From Phoronis australis (Eukaryota > Animalia > Phoronida), in contig NMRA01000387.1 of assembly GCA_002633005.1 (NCBI GenBank), positions 297,017 to 361,016 on the forward strand: a stretch of DNA of 64,000 nt, in the 5' to 3' direction. The translations under genes and the position numbers were made by a program. Every line of letters starts with the position of its first letter. The stretch's first letter is position 1. Below, piece by piece: positions 49,533 to 63,005 of this stretch. Below the pieces are notes generated by a model that did not search any database, was not told the DNA's origin, and worked only from the letters and a program-made list of their open reading frames with translations.

Positions 49533-51279
49533 GGCGAGTTTTCTAAATCTCCGAGTGTCAAGACGTAAGGCGTGAACTAAAGGGAGACGCTAGTCATTGA
49601 TTACTACTTCAGTTTAGATCTTTTTGTGAACGAAAATAGGGTCATAAATAATTGTCAATGTCTAGATGTTGACACTTTCCCACTCGCACGCAGCCAAGTG
49701 TGAAAACGAAAAATATGTTTTATTCAGTTGAGATTTCTTTATTCTTTACATGACTTTGTTTTGACACAGAAAATCACGGACCATGTCCTGTGACCATGTC
49801 ACACACACAAAATGTCACTACTATAGTAGTCAGCAATGGCCTTCTCAGCAGGAACGCACCTACCAATTTTCATTATGATACCTCGAGCTTCATGTCAGAG
49901 AAAAAGGCGAACGCCAAAAACAAATCCGTAAATAACGAAAAAATGTCAGGTGCTTGCAGAGAATACGTTAAATCCGTCATCTTTTAAACAGATAACGGTT
50001 TGCTAAATTTCACGAAAATCCGTCGGATGACTCCGAAGATACATAGGCAAACGCAAAGTACTGCTCAGCTCAGTGACCACTTTACTTTATGGATGATACC
50101 CGAGCTGTATGTTGGCACTTGCTGTCTTTTGTAAATATGGTCCTGGTGATGTCTAATGAATAGACAAAACGTTGATTGAACATGAAGTTTCTTATTTGTG
50201 CCGCGATCGTCCGGTTTTTAATCTTATTGTGGCCAAAAACTGATTTAGCTCATAGTAAAATTTATGATCGACCCATGTCTCTAATAATGTATAAATGATA
50301 CGTGCGTCACAAGCTCGTTACCAGAGATGAAAAGGAGACCGAGGTTGGCGATATAAGGTCATTTATTGTGATGAAGACTGTTACAAGTAATAGATTGAGA
50401 ATACAAAATAATAAAAATAAAAAGCGATAATCTTTGGTAAGATGGGTAATGAAAAGCGCAGCATGAGATGTTGTAAGATAGCCCATGCCCATTTGCAGGG
50501 ATACATGAAATGAGAGGGAGGAAATTGAAAAATGTGTAGGACACTTACATATAATGTCAGCTGGATACCAAACCCGAACTGCGGCTGCCAAGCCAGAGGG
50601 GAGAGTGATGTGGAGGTCGGTTGTACACAGTGGCCAGTGGCCCAAGAGCTTTTGGGAACTGAGGATTGCAGAAAACTTACTGCCATGTACGGCAGTGGCG
50701 TCAGTGTATGATGTCGAGGATGAAACCCACTTGTCGAAGAGGAGAAAGGATTTACCGTTGAAGTGGTTGAAATAATTCACGTTGATACAAAATACTTGAA
50801 ACCTAATCTGATTATAAGGGTACAAGCTGTATATAATAGCAAAAGACGCGAAACAAATGTACAGAACACATACGCCAACGCCATTACTTTCTGACCGATG
50901 CGAATTGAATGGAAAGAGCAATGCTTGAGATATCAGCTGAAAAATACATCCGGGAATACACGTCAAAACAAGTAAGTCAACTATTGAATGTGAAATAAAT
51001 TCCACATCTCGAAATAAATGCTTTCTTTTCTCAATTAGCATCTGATGTTCCTAACAATTAAATATAAGGAACATTTCTGGGTAACAGCACATTCATTACT
51101 CCCTGTATTGGTGGCTAAAACGAAAATCGAATTTTATTTGACAAAATCGTCCTCAAAGATTTACACTTACCATGACGGGGCTCGTTTTCTTTTACCAAGA
51201 ACAACATGCAAAACACCACACCTGTGCTAGTTCGTAGTTGTAAGACTTAAACAGCACCGGGTACAAAATGGTACAACGG

Positions 51280-51426
51280 CATGGGCGGCGGAGCACCGAA
51301 AAAAATGGGGGCTAAATACCCCTAGCCCCCTTATGGTGCACTGCTTATAGACCATGGGCGGCGCAACACTGAAAAAAGTGGGGAGGAGGCTATAGCCCCC
51401 CAGCCCCCTATGGTGCGCCGCCTATG
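51280..51426. mobile_element. Short GC-rich MITE dimer (catgggcggcg...cgccgcctatg); relative at ~27345-27452
   Basis: Inverted ends and shared aaaaaagtgg..gagg.ctatagc.ccc.agccccc core. Confidence 0.55.
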
Positions 51427-52468
51427 AAAGTGTACAGAACTGAATTAAGTGGAGTTAATGTCGGTGTCACTTCAAAAATGAAGCTTGCGCGCTGATTCCT
51501 TATCTCTGTGACTGAAGCACAACATATAGCGATCATGATGCGAATATGAAATAGGTTGAAAATTGCTAAATGTTTTCAAGAACGAGTTTTGTGTCGAAAA
51601 TGATCCTCCTTGAATCACTCAACCATGTCCTGTAAATATCGTGACGTGGATGTTGGGGAATAACACTGCGTGACGCGGGCTATGTGAGCCCCCAAAGTAC
51701 GTCATTAGTGGAAAAATCACCTATTTTCAGAATTTTTTATTTTGTCAATGAATACAGTTGCGCTTTGTTTAGCACAGATGGTGTTAAAATAGCATTGTGG
51801 TTTAGTTCCTGCTATACATTAGCATAGTTAGGAGCATGCAAATACATCCTCAATTTTCTTGTAGACGGACGGCAACAAAAGAGCCCGGAGGAAAAATGCA
51901 AAAAATAACAATTTAACATTCAAGAAGCCTGAACGATAATTTCTCAAAACAATTTAAAAACCCTATATCAAGGAGTCGACAATGGAAAACAAAATTTAAC
52001 AAGAGTACGCGAAGAAAAAATACTATTGTCATATTTGGCCTCCACTTTTAAAAGTGTCGACTATTTCATTCGTGTAATTTCAGAACAAGTGGGAATATTT
52101 TATTCCAGCCCATACTTACGGTTTTCTAGCTTAGAAAGGAGCATTCAATTGACAAAAACCCAAACCATAATTTGATAGTACAACAAGGAGCAAAATCATA
52201 ATATGTATTTCGCACGGGTAACAGCTAATATTATATATTTTCGCAGGGTTGAATCAATATGGAAGTCCGTCATAGTCCCATACCTCCTGGAGTTCCAGAG
52301 CATGAGCAAGTAAAAGATTGGTTGCCGGCTTCTGCACATGCGTACAACCTAATTTTTGACTCCCCACTTTCAGATCAGGAGACACTGGCGATGGCAATAG
52401 GGTGTTGAAATTTGATTTCTGCTTCCATATAATTTCAGATCATTTCACGGGTAATAATTATTACGAAA

Positions 52469-55400
52469 ATGGGGTTTCGCGATTCAAAGTGTTTCCTCAC
52501 TGGTACTACAGTGGCAACACGTGCGTTTTTCATTATTTACGATTTCGTACTGATATGGAGTGTATACCACTCCAAGGACAACGAACCGCTTTGGTGGTTG
52601 TTTATTTTCTCTGTGGTGCCTCTTGTGGTCGAGATGGTCATCGTAATCGTCTACAACGGTGGGAGAGAATGGAACAGGTAAGGGCAAAGGTGGTGGATTT
52701 AGAGGGGGGCTAAGGGGGCCATGGCCCCCCTAAAATTTTCCCAGTTTCCATTTGGCTATACGGGTCTGCGAATGTCTGACTGGCAAAATCCTGGCTAATG
52801 CTGTGCCCTGGGCCCTCCTAACTAAAAATCCTGGATTCGCCCCTGGGCAACGTATATGTTCACCTAGGTAAGACACTAAGCATGCTTTGGTGATTTCGTG
52901 CCATGCATCATGTTTAACTTCACGGTGCATCTTTTGCGAGGCAAGAAGCAAGGAATATTATTGCACCAATTAGCTTGGCAATATGGTGCTAACCTGTTAC
53001 TGCTGCGGACGTACGCTTGAGGTTTTAGACCTCATGCTGCTTTTGCACGTGTAGGGCTACAGGCACTTCGTGTTAGATTATGCAACGGGATAGCGACCGA
53101 TGAGGTAAATATAACTAGAGTTGACATCACGTGGTTTTCGTTGTACGCAGTGGTCCGTCATCTTGCTGATGAACCACAGTGGGTCGTGATGTCCGTGTAT
53201 TGTGCAGCATTTAACTGCATAACTCCACACTGCATCATTCAATACCTGTAATGTAAGGCAGAAGCTTACCAAGCACATTTTGCTCAAAGGCAGTGAATTT
53301 TATGGCAGTCCTACAAAAACAGCATATTTGGTTCCAATTTTGATTTTTTGAAGTTGATGCGATGTGCTAGTTTTCTAGTTGTCCAAATTTTGGAATTCGT
53401 ATTATGCCAGCTTGGAGTTCAGAACGGGTCAGTATATGTTTCTTCCAGCATCGCTTGATGTCGGCTGAAATGGTTCGGGCTCTCTTTCTCTCTGTGTCAG
53501 CTGATGCCAGCTAAACTTGGTCGAATTTTTCTGTCTGTAAAGTGAGTCGGTGGTTTTCAAATTGACCCAAACACAGGTCAGAACTAATTTTGTGATTTTT
53601 GGCTTTTTGAGGTTTTAAGTATGGAATTTGTTTGAATCCTTGGCCAAAATTTTTGAAAAAGGAGTGGATGCTCGTTGATGAAAATAACTATTTGCATTTT
53701 TCTTAATTCGCATATAATTGTACCTTTGAAGCCCTGTGGAACTGTGTTTTGAGCTGAAAATATAATTCAAATAAAACAAAATTGCAGGGGATAATTAAAT
53801 AGCAGAAACAATTGTTCATCTCATCTACTCCTTACAAAGCTGTGTCAAGTTTTTAGTATTAACTTGCCAAATTAAAAAAACTTTAAACCAGTTGAACCCT
53901 GAAGTGGACATTAGCAAGCCATGTTCTTCAGCCGTGGCTAGTTCGAATGGATAAGTCAACAGGAAATGGACTTAGCTTGTTAGTGTGAATGTTATATTAC
54001 CTTAATCAATGGTCTACACAAACAATCAGAATAGCTTAATGGAAAAACAGCAAAACTGTGCCAAAATAGTCTTAGCAGGCTGACATTTTTTGTTTTGAAG
54101 CACATTTCAGAAAGCTTTGTTATTAACTGTCTGACCTGCTGCGGGCAATATTTGTGTTGACTACATGAAGTTTTGAAGAACATACGAACAACGCGTTGTT
54201 TTTACACGCACTGCTTACTGGTCACTAACGGAAGTTTTTATTTCTTTAATTGGTTTTGGCATCGCCTTCTGTGTTGGTCAAGCAACTTTTAAGATAATTA
54301 TGTTAATTGACAGATATCTTCTCACGGGAAGAGTGCATATACCAACGATTTTTGGACGGCGCCAACTACTGTGGCGCCTTTTAGTGGCAGTTTTGTTTTT
54401 GTTTTGTGTGAGTTTTTGTAGTATCGCAATATGACGTTGATGTTTGAAATAAATTGAAACCTGTTTGGAATGGCATCACAATGTGTTGTTTGGAATGGCA
54501 TCTCAATGTGTTGTTTGGAATGGCCCCTCAATGTGTTGTTTGGAATGACATCTCAATGTTTTGTTTCGAATGGCATCGCAATGTGTTGTTTGGAATGACA
54601 TCTCAATGTGTTGTTTGGAATGGCATCTCAATGTGTTGTTTGGAATGACATCTCTATGTGTTGTTTCAAATGGCATCTCAATGTGTTGTTTCTGAGGTTA
54701 CATGGTTTTATTACCGTTGTCATTCTCAATGTTATTGCTGGAAAGTCTGCGATTCCATGCATGATGCGCAGATCCAAGGGGGTACATTGGTATAAACATT
54801 AGCATTGTGCTACATGTACTTTATTTAAAATTCTGAATCCACCCAGTCACTGCTGTATTTTGACACAGGGTCTATGATATCATGGTTTAAATTTTGAGGC
54901 AATAGAGTCTCAAAGTGTACACAATTAGTTTTCCACTTAGGATAAACACCCAGAGCAACAGTGAGGTATCACCAACAGTCTTACAGATTTAATTGTGATG
55001 GTGCAAACATGAATACAGGCTAAGACATTTTTAAATTTTCATAAAACGCGTATACATGGTCTTGGCTGATACAACATGAAGTTGTCAATTACAGTCAGTT
55101 TTAGGGACTGTCTATCCAAGCATATGGTACTTCGGTGGCCAGCAGTGTTTCAGTGAAATTCATAGGCGGATTTATGAGGGTGGGCCCGGGCCACCCCCGC
55201 CCCCTTGGCTACCGGTAAAAATAAAACAGCAAGAGCGGGGGGGGGGTGGTCTCAAACCAGATTTTAACTGTCCAAGTCAGAACGCCAGCGCAATCGGTTT
55301 CCCGTTTCTTTTTTTCCGAGCCCTCCCATATTTTAGGCTGGGTGCGCCCACGCAATCGTGCATTGTGCTATTCCTGGAGAAAAAATGTTGAGCCCGCCCC

Positions 55401-58400
55401 CTTATGATATCCTGGATCCACTACTGAAATTTCACTTCATCTTGTTTCAAGGTTCAGGGGAAGTTCATAAAATTACCCGAGGCATTAAATGGGACCTCTT
55501 TGGGCTAAAGCTGACAAAAATTAACTTCATGTATATTTTAGGAATGCAATGGTTGATGGGAGTGTCTTCTTTCCAGCTGATCATCTTATCCGGCTTGTAA
55601 ACAACTAATAACCAAGTTCTGTACAATTATAAGCTTAGCTAAAACAAAACGAGTTAAGAACTAGATTCTCATGTGGGTATTAAAGGCATCAAGGTATTTT
55701 AAACAATTATAAAAAGTATACGATGTAATTCATAAACCGCTAAGAGATCCAAGGCCATAACGGCAGCGATTCCCGGTCAAATAAATGCGGAATTATGTCT
55801 TTTCATNNNNNNNNNNNNNNNNNNNNNNNNNNNNNNNNNNNNNNNNNNNNNNNNNNNNNNNNNNNNNNNNNNNNNNNNNNNNNNNNNNNNNNNNNNNNNN
55901 NNNNNNNNNNNNNNNNNNNNNNNNNNNNNNNNNNNNNNNNNNNNNNNNNNNNNNNNNNNNNNNNNNNNNNNNNNNNNNNNNNNNNNNNNNNNNNNNNNNN
56001 NNNNNNNNNNNNNNNNNNNNNNNNNNNNNNNNNNNNNNNNNNNNNNNNNNNNNNNNNNNNNNNNNNNNNNNTCTCTTTGTCAAACCTTATCTTAAGACGA
56101 TTTCCAAAGCAATCCCGTCATTATTGCCAACACGAAAAACGGATTTGGTCTTTTGGGCATTTGAAGACTATTTTAAATACGACAAATTTGTTAAGAATTC
56201 ATGGCACAAAACATAAAACGTATAATAAGCATTACGAAAAGAAGTAGGTTTCGCGCGCAGACGCTGTGGACCATAAACAAGAAGGCCTCTTATCATAGCG
56301 TCAGTAGTTAAAGCGTGGTGGTGTAGTGGTAACGCACGCGCTCTCTATCCGCCGGGTCGTGAGTTCGAGTCTTTGGTACGTTCAGTTTTTCCTGTTTGAC
56401 AAGTTCTCCGTGTTTTTTTTTTTTCTCCTTTTTTTCTTGGATAATACTTCAGGAATCAAGGAAAATGCTTGATTTTTAGAGGTAAAAACAGAAAAATTTC
56501 CTGAGCGGGAGGGGGGCAAACACCCCCTCCCGACCTCGGTGCTATGAGCATCTACAATCGTGGTTCAGTTTGCGCAAATGCTTACAGCCGGACAAAATGT
56601 TGGGCCCCCCTTGTGATATCCTAGATCCGCCACTGAATAAGGCGGACCGCTTGTCACGCGCTGTTTGGCTTGCGAATACAGTCGTGTTACCTCTATGTAT
56701 ATAGCTCATTTAGAGCGATGTTGTCCCACTTTTCTGCTGAGTGTAGGAAAACCTTCCCCGAGCAATAAGTGCATTATACGGCTCAACCTCTTCACCAATG
56801 TCCCACAAATTGAATGCTATAATTCGTTGAGGTCGTTCTTGCCTAACTATCGTCTCGCTTGCCGATTTAGAAGTTCAAATAATTTATGCTTGACGATAAC
56901 TAAAGAGCAAAATTAAACTTTCAAAAATTAACTCCCCTAGACCTTGGTTGTTCATGCTCATAGGCTTAGGCAGATTATTGGCCCTTAGAGTTTATAACAT
57001 ATTCGTGCATAAAGTGAGAAAAAGCAAATCAAACGAAAGTAACCCGGAAGTAGGTTTAATTTGTTTTTTTAGGACGATGTTTTTGCTGACCCTGATCAGA
57101 TTCATTTTCAAAACCAGTTTTCAGACGTCCAGCTTTAGAACATCTCAGGAAGGTGGACAATAAAGGACACGCGTTCTTTAAAATACTTTCAGAGCTTTTT
57201 GGCTACAATCAGTGACAGATGTTGCCGCCTTTTGTGACATTCATGTTTTTGTCATTGCAGCATGTTCTGTCCCAGTTTCTTCATATTCCTGGTATGTGTC
57301 ACTCCACAGCTGTGGATCATCGAGCTCCACAATATAGAAAGATTGACCAGCAACGCCACGGCAAACAGCAGCATTACATTCTCGGCAGAATTGGTAAGAT
57401 CTTTTAATACCTTTGCGATTTTTACTTCTGCTTTTTGTTTTATCAAAGGTCATACTTCCTGCGTAAGCAGGATTTCAGCTTCATGAACCACTATCAACTT
57501 CAACTCAGTTTCAGTCACGACATGCAGTCTGATCCGCCTTTTTTGTCATGCAATCCCAAACGAAATGTCTGACCACGAGAGCGTTCCATAAACCAAAATT
57601 CTTGACTTTTTAATACCGTTCTGAGGTGGTGGCTTGTTATATCAGTGCAAGCTATTGTATTACGATCTATGGAACGTAACCTTGACTTCTTGCCGCGAGA
57701 ACTAAGCCCTCGGGGGATGCTCCCAAGAAGATATACGGTACGTGCCACGCAGAAGTGTGATTTTTCACGACTAGTTTCACTACTGGAAGGGTGCCTTTTC
57801 CGACGAAATTCCCGACAGAAAAGTTTATTTGAAAAGTAGAAACTCTTCTGAACAAAAAGTTCTTTTTTCAAACTACTCAATCCTACAAAAGGACTTTTAA
57901 TATTTTCTATGTTTTAACTACTTTGATTGCAAAAGATGCATGAACACATAGGCGGATATAGGGGCTGCCGTCAAAAAAAATAAAACAACAAGAGCGTGAG
58001 GAAATATTGAGTTTAGCAATCAATCTCGGTAATTAACATGGGAGGGGGGGGCTCAGACCCCATTGCAAGCGCCTGAACGAGACCACCGGTGCCACCGTTT
58101 TCCGTTTTATTTAATCCGTCGAGAAATTCGGGCATCCCTAGAATTGCAGCTGGAACTGCCACTGGAGCATACTCACATTTTCACACAAGGTGGCTCTTCT
58201 TGTATTGTTTCAGGTTTGAAATTCATCTGATCAAGAATGGAATCATTAACCCTTAGTAGCTAATGAGAAAGGGGGAACTTTTTGGAAGCTCCCTACAAAT
58301 ATTGCAGCTGCAACCCGGTCAAAATTTACAGTAAACGAGTGCCATTCTGGTGACCTTTTACGGACCGCGAGAGACTGCTGTGGTAGCGTGGTAGATCATA

Positions 58401-60205
58401 ACTTATTGCCGAGGATATCCGATTGAAAGCGAGAAACGTCGATAGATATTTAGTTTCGCAGCATGCATCGAAAGGAGCGTGGGTCGATCCGGGCGCCATT
58501 GCCGTTTTTTTTTTGCTATGAAAATTGCTTATTGCTGATTTTTCGCAGATTACACGTCGCTATATGTTAGTGATGGTTGTCGAGCTATTTTATAATGACT
58601 TTCGATATCGTCTTAAACGTATAAATTTTACAAAATATTTGTGTGTTTTAGGGCTAATTTTGCGGTTAAAACGTACTGCTTTTTCGTCTGTCGGTCGGTG
58701 CATCAGCAGGTACTTGGCATTTGCGAAGTCTGCGTGAAGTCTGAATGCAATCTGACGTCGACGCAAGGGTCGGTTTATGTCCTTTTCAGGTGTATGGCTG
58801 AAATAACGTTGAAATGTTGTAATTACTTGAACGTTGGTTAGAACTACTATGCGACCTAACCAAACAAACCTAGAAATCGCATCTAATTTGACCAAGGAAA
58901 ATTTTGAGACCAATTTCGCAATGGTAAATGGTCTATATCAAAAGGTGTTTTTTGTGACGGAGATCTGGTTGATATCTGTCTTAATTCCTTCTGTAAAAGT
59001 ATTTGTATACAACACATTACCTGCCTTTCGCTTTTGTCCTGACAAAGTTCACGAGGCGAGCAAATTCTTACGGGCAAAAGATATCCTTGAAGAGAGTGAT
59101 CACATCATTTAAATAGTTCAGTTCAGCACTTGGAACTCCAGCTCATATACAGGTACGCAGATATGAAATATCTATGAATGCGTAGTTAAAAAAGAAACAT
59201 TTGCCGTATTGTTTGTGTTATTCCATTCTGGAATGAGAAATACCTATGTCGATGCATTGCAGAGAAACGACCTATCAAAGAGAAACCTCCGAAAGTGACT
59301 GTTACCAGATAAATTGCTCGATTTGCGTTAATGCTTGCGCGCAATTGTGATCTTCAATTATTCGTGGGCTAAACATTTTCAGGGATGAATTCCGTAAAAT
59401 TTGGGAAATAAAAAAATTTCGAAAATTTTGCGTTTGCGGGATATATACGTATATGTATACATATAATATATATACGTAAACACTACCCGTTTCCAAATTT
59501 TGTTTAATAAAAACATTTATTTTAAAACAACAATTAGAGCACCCAGGATAAGTGCCCTGTAACCTTAAAATATAATTATTTCTGTTGTAGATTGGTCAAG
59601 ATTACGGTGTTACCCTTTCATACGACATGCTAGTTATCGGACTGAAAGAGTGTCTGCTGTATCTTCTGATACTAGCTCGATGGGTTCTTCCTATTAAGCA
59701 CTTGGATTATCAGGAGCTCTCAGACACACTGCTCTGTTATATTGGGATGGCAGCAGACCTAATGGAACTCATGGACTATTCCAACAATAAAACAGCAATG
59801 GAGGATTCAAAGTTTGTCTACGCGTTGCTCATCATCTGGACGATCGGTCTTTTTCAGTTCTCCTTCGTGCTTGCCCCAGCAGACGAGCAGGAAAGTGAAG
59901 AGCAACAAATCTCTTGCCGCTTTATCGCCGAGCACGCCGAAGTGTTGTCAATAGTGTTGCAATTGCTTATGATGCACATCCCATTTGCCACCATCCGTAT
60001 AGTTGCCATGGTTTTGTACAAGGGCGTGTCCTATTCCAGTGTCTTTTTTATGATTAAAAACTTGGCGATGATTTTGTTGGGCATCAATCGGTTGCTTGCG
60101 CTGTTTTGCACGCTTGGACCATGGAAGAAGAAAAAGCCTGTAAAGATAGCAGAAACGGACGTGGAAATAGAAGATTGTGCAGTCACCCCAGGAACTGAAG
60201 CTTAA
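52469..60205 (+). CDS. TMEM26: Transmembrane protein 26-like, copy B (3 coding exons)
   Basis: Exons 52469-52677, 57261-57393, 59591-60205; same structure as copy A; shorter C-tail. Confidence 0.9.
52688..52845. mobile_element. GGCGGAT-type MITE, 5-bp TSD ggcaa
   Basis: Empty site gtaagggcaacgtat in copy A (33867-33881). Confidence 0.75.
54466..54690 (+). repeat. Minisatellite, 9 x 25 bp
   Basis: Unit tggaatggcatctcaatgtgttgtt, head-to-tail, no spacers. Confidence 0.95.
55161..55426. mobile_element. GGCGGAT-type MITE, 5-bp TSD aaatt
   Basis: aaatt|cataggcggatt...ggatccactactg|aaatt. Confidence 0.7.
55807..56071. other. Assembly gap
   Basis: N run. Confidence 1.
56307..56635 (+). mobile_element. 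tRNA-derived SINE-like repeat
   Basis: A box tggtgtagtgg and B box gagttcgagtc; poor cloverleaf; inverted homologue at 46938-47845. Confidence 0.6.
57947..58164. mobile_element. GGCGGAT-type MITE, imperfect 5-bp TSD gaaca/gagca
   Basis: Absent at the homologous site in copy A (~36735). Confidence 0.65.
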
Positions 60206-60865
60206 GTGGAGCTGGAAATCGAGCCTGGAAAGACTGGAATCGACAAAGTGAACTTTGAAATAGAAAATGAAGCTTGAATGGCAATCACAAGTCCACGCCA
60301 CTTGTCAAAACAACTTTCGACTTCGTCTACTTACCGTAATATAACGATCTCACCTTGTTCATAGATTAGAAATAGTTTTTAGGCTTAAAGACACCTAACA
60401 TTTCGCCATCGCATCAAACCAGGTCTCAAGAGGTTTGGTTGTCACGGTGGTTAATCCAGCAGCCGGTAAGGGAATTCCAAGCGATTTGTGATCACCGATT
60501 AAGTTATCAAGATAAGAGCACGATGATATTGCTTGGGCAACACAAATACACCTGTAGCAGAAAGTGGTGTTACCAGAACACGATTTATAACGTTTTAAGT
60601 AGTAAATTAGACTATAACATTACATATTGTATTTTCTCACGTGACCTGGAATGTGTTACGACATGACTGTTTAATAACACCGAGTATACCACAATATTAG
60701 CCTCGAAGGGCCAATACGACCGTGTAATAACCCGTTTAGTTATCTCACTAGGCCGGTTTCGAAACCGGGCCGCAAGAGTTTAGGGTCGCCGACTTTACCA
60801 TAGCACTACTCAGCGGCTGACGTAATCGAACGTGAAAATAGAATACTTAAATGAGCACTCGCATC

Positions 60866-61275
60866 AATCGCACACATACGGACCAATACCTCCAGTTTTC
60901 ATCCAACCACCCTTTAAAGCACAAACATTCTGTCGCCCGTACCCTTCTGGATAGAGTTGATCGTTACATCACTGCCTACCGAGACTATGTCGAAGAGGTT
61001 AACCATGTTGAAGATGCTTTGCGAGCTAATTGATACCAGGATTGGATGTTCAAACCCCCCCATTCGTAAATCTACTGAAAAACTCGATGGCCCCTCCGTT
61101 GCCATCCCATACATAAGAGGAGTGTCTGAACGATTACAACACACTTACAGAACCCAAGGAATTTCTTCATACATGAAACCAAATAACATCCTCCGTTCCC
61201 TACTACCAGTCAGACCCAAAGACCCAACCCAGATTTCTAAACAACGTGGGGTCATATACCAACTGAAATGTGACC
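60866..61275 (+). mobile_element. Penelope-like retroelement fragment (RT thumb/linker and start of GIY-YIG), degenerate
   Basis: THTDQYLQFSSNHPLKHKHSVARTL; VAIPYIRGVSE; RPKDP...GVIYQLKC; stop codon and frameshift present. Confidence 0.85.
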
Positions 61276-62022
61276 AGGATCATCCTAACCACTGGTGGTG
61301 GTTTGCAACCAGAAAAGGTGACAAAGACTGTTATGGCGGCAAAAATTGTTTGAATACTTGTGACGTGGAGTGTATATACGGTAAATACATGTAAAATATT
61401 ATTTGAAATTGTCCAGAGCAACTGACTCCCACTGTCTCGACTTTCCCTTGAAAATAATCTCAATTCTTCAACAGGAGCGTCCTCGAGTGTTTCGTTGGCT
61501 CAACACAAACGAAAAGTTGCACGTACTTGCGAGGTAATGCAAAATGTACACCAGGTGGCACTGCACTGCATGCTTGTCCAAACATAGGCAACTGCTGTAA
61601 TACCCTTGGTCCATTCATGGATAAAAATGGCCTTTGACAGGCAAAGGTACATTTGCACCGTATTCTAGACGCGGGTTCTCCTTTCGTGAGCGCGATTCAA
61701 ACACAAAAATCGGAACATTCAGATTAACTCAAAACCTGAACTTTGTTTCAAGCTCCTAGCGTGGGAGGCTAAAAAGGGACACTTAAGATATCAGTCTAAA
61801 TATATGTTTCGGAGAATTCACAAAAAGGTAAATACCGTTGTTTCACACACCAGACAAGGATAACGGTGATGAAAAAAGCGTTTTGCTGTGCCAAGTAAAC
61901 ACTTGCTGATAATTTACAACGAGCCAGACAATCCAAGCTGCAGAGAAATCAAGAAACAGATTTTGATTGTAAAGCTACAAGGAGCACACATATATTAGTT
62001 TGAAGAGTGACATTTTGAGAAA

Positions 62023-62983
62023 ATGGGATTTCGGGACACAAAATTTTTCCTCACTACCTCTGCTGTGGTAACACGAGGGCTGTTTGTTATTTACGACCTC
62101 TTGCTTACATGGAGTTTAAGCACATCTTTCATAAAGGAACCACTTTGGTGGTTATTTGCTCTGTCAGTCGTGCCTCTTGTAACCGAGATGATCATCGTAA
62201 TCGTCTGCAATGGCGGAAGAGAATGGAACAGGTAAACGGCTACAATTTTGCTACACCTTGGTGTATATTTGAATTTGACTTTATGATTCTGAAATGGCAT
62301 TTCAGCAGAAAATAAACATAAACATGAACGAAGAAGTCCGCTACTGCCTGAACGTTATTAAAAGTATGCCAACTAAGTATTTCGAACTGGACTTCAGCAT
62401 TCCCTAGCCACGATAACATCGTAAATATTTTTACAGTTCCGGATTGTCCTCGTGGTAATGTCCTACCAAAATAAAGGTATGACTGCATTTTGTAGACGAA
62501 AGAAACTGGTGAAAACGCAAGCTGACACAAGTCTGGGCGAGATGTCATGCGTTACAAATAATGCATGGATTGCACTATAGTTCAGTTTCTTGTGTATGCG
62601 AAACAGACCCCGGTTTTGTATGAGTACATGTAGATGCCCTAGGTTTGACTTTGGATTTTCCGAGCAGCTACACAGAAGAAAATCGTTTTTAATCACAACA
62701 AGCATAATCTAAGTCAAATTTTGTTCTGGTAGGATTAAGGATAATTTTACCAATTTGAAACTTTCAAGCCCATTAAAACAACGTCATGAAAATCCCAGGA
62801 GAGAGACTATATTTGATATGAGCCTAATTTTCGTCTGTATGTTCTTCCAGCGTGTTTAGCCCCAGTTTCCTCATCTTCATCGCATGTGTCACGCCTCAGC
62901 TATGGTTCATTCAGATCAAGCATATCGGCGATACGATCAAAAACAGCACGGAGAACAGCAGCATTACACTTTCGGCAACAATC
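62023..62983 (+). CDS. TMEM26: Transmembrane protein 26-like, copy C (3'-partial; more divergent)
   Basis: Exons 62023-62231 (MGFRDTKFF...NGGREWN) and 62851-62983 (SVFSPSFLIFIACVTPQLWFIQIKH...; 133 nt as in A and B); exon 3 not found within the window. Confidence 0.85.
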
Positions 62984-63005
62984 GTAAGGACAACATTGTA
63001 ATTAA

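Larger units (their letters stand above)
47868..60501 (+). repeat. Segmental duplication unit 2 (peptide gene + TMEM26 B)
   Basis: Starts at ...ataaataagtaaaaac...caccacg and ends at tttgtgatcaccgatt, matching the unit 1 ends. Confidence 0.9.

Noticed and set aside
50307-51041. 244-aa minus-strand ORF and its counterpart 30372-30686, with a gaggatgaaac...gtcgaag hammerhead-like motif
   Set aside because: Frame not conserved between duplicates, no recognisable domain, and the hammerhead core CUGANGA/GAAA is absent.
54466-54690. Regular 25-bp repeats as a CRISPR array
   Set aside because: No unique spacers, no cas genes, eukaryotic intron; it is a minisatellite.
56312-56382. Functional tRNA gene
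   Set aside because: A/B boxes are present but acceptor, anticodon and T stems pair poorly; part of a dispersed repeat.
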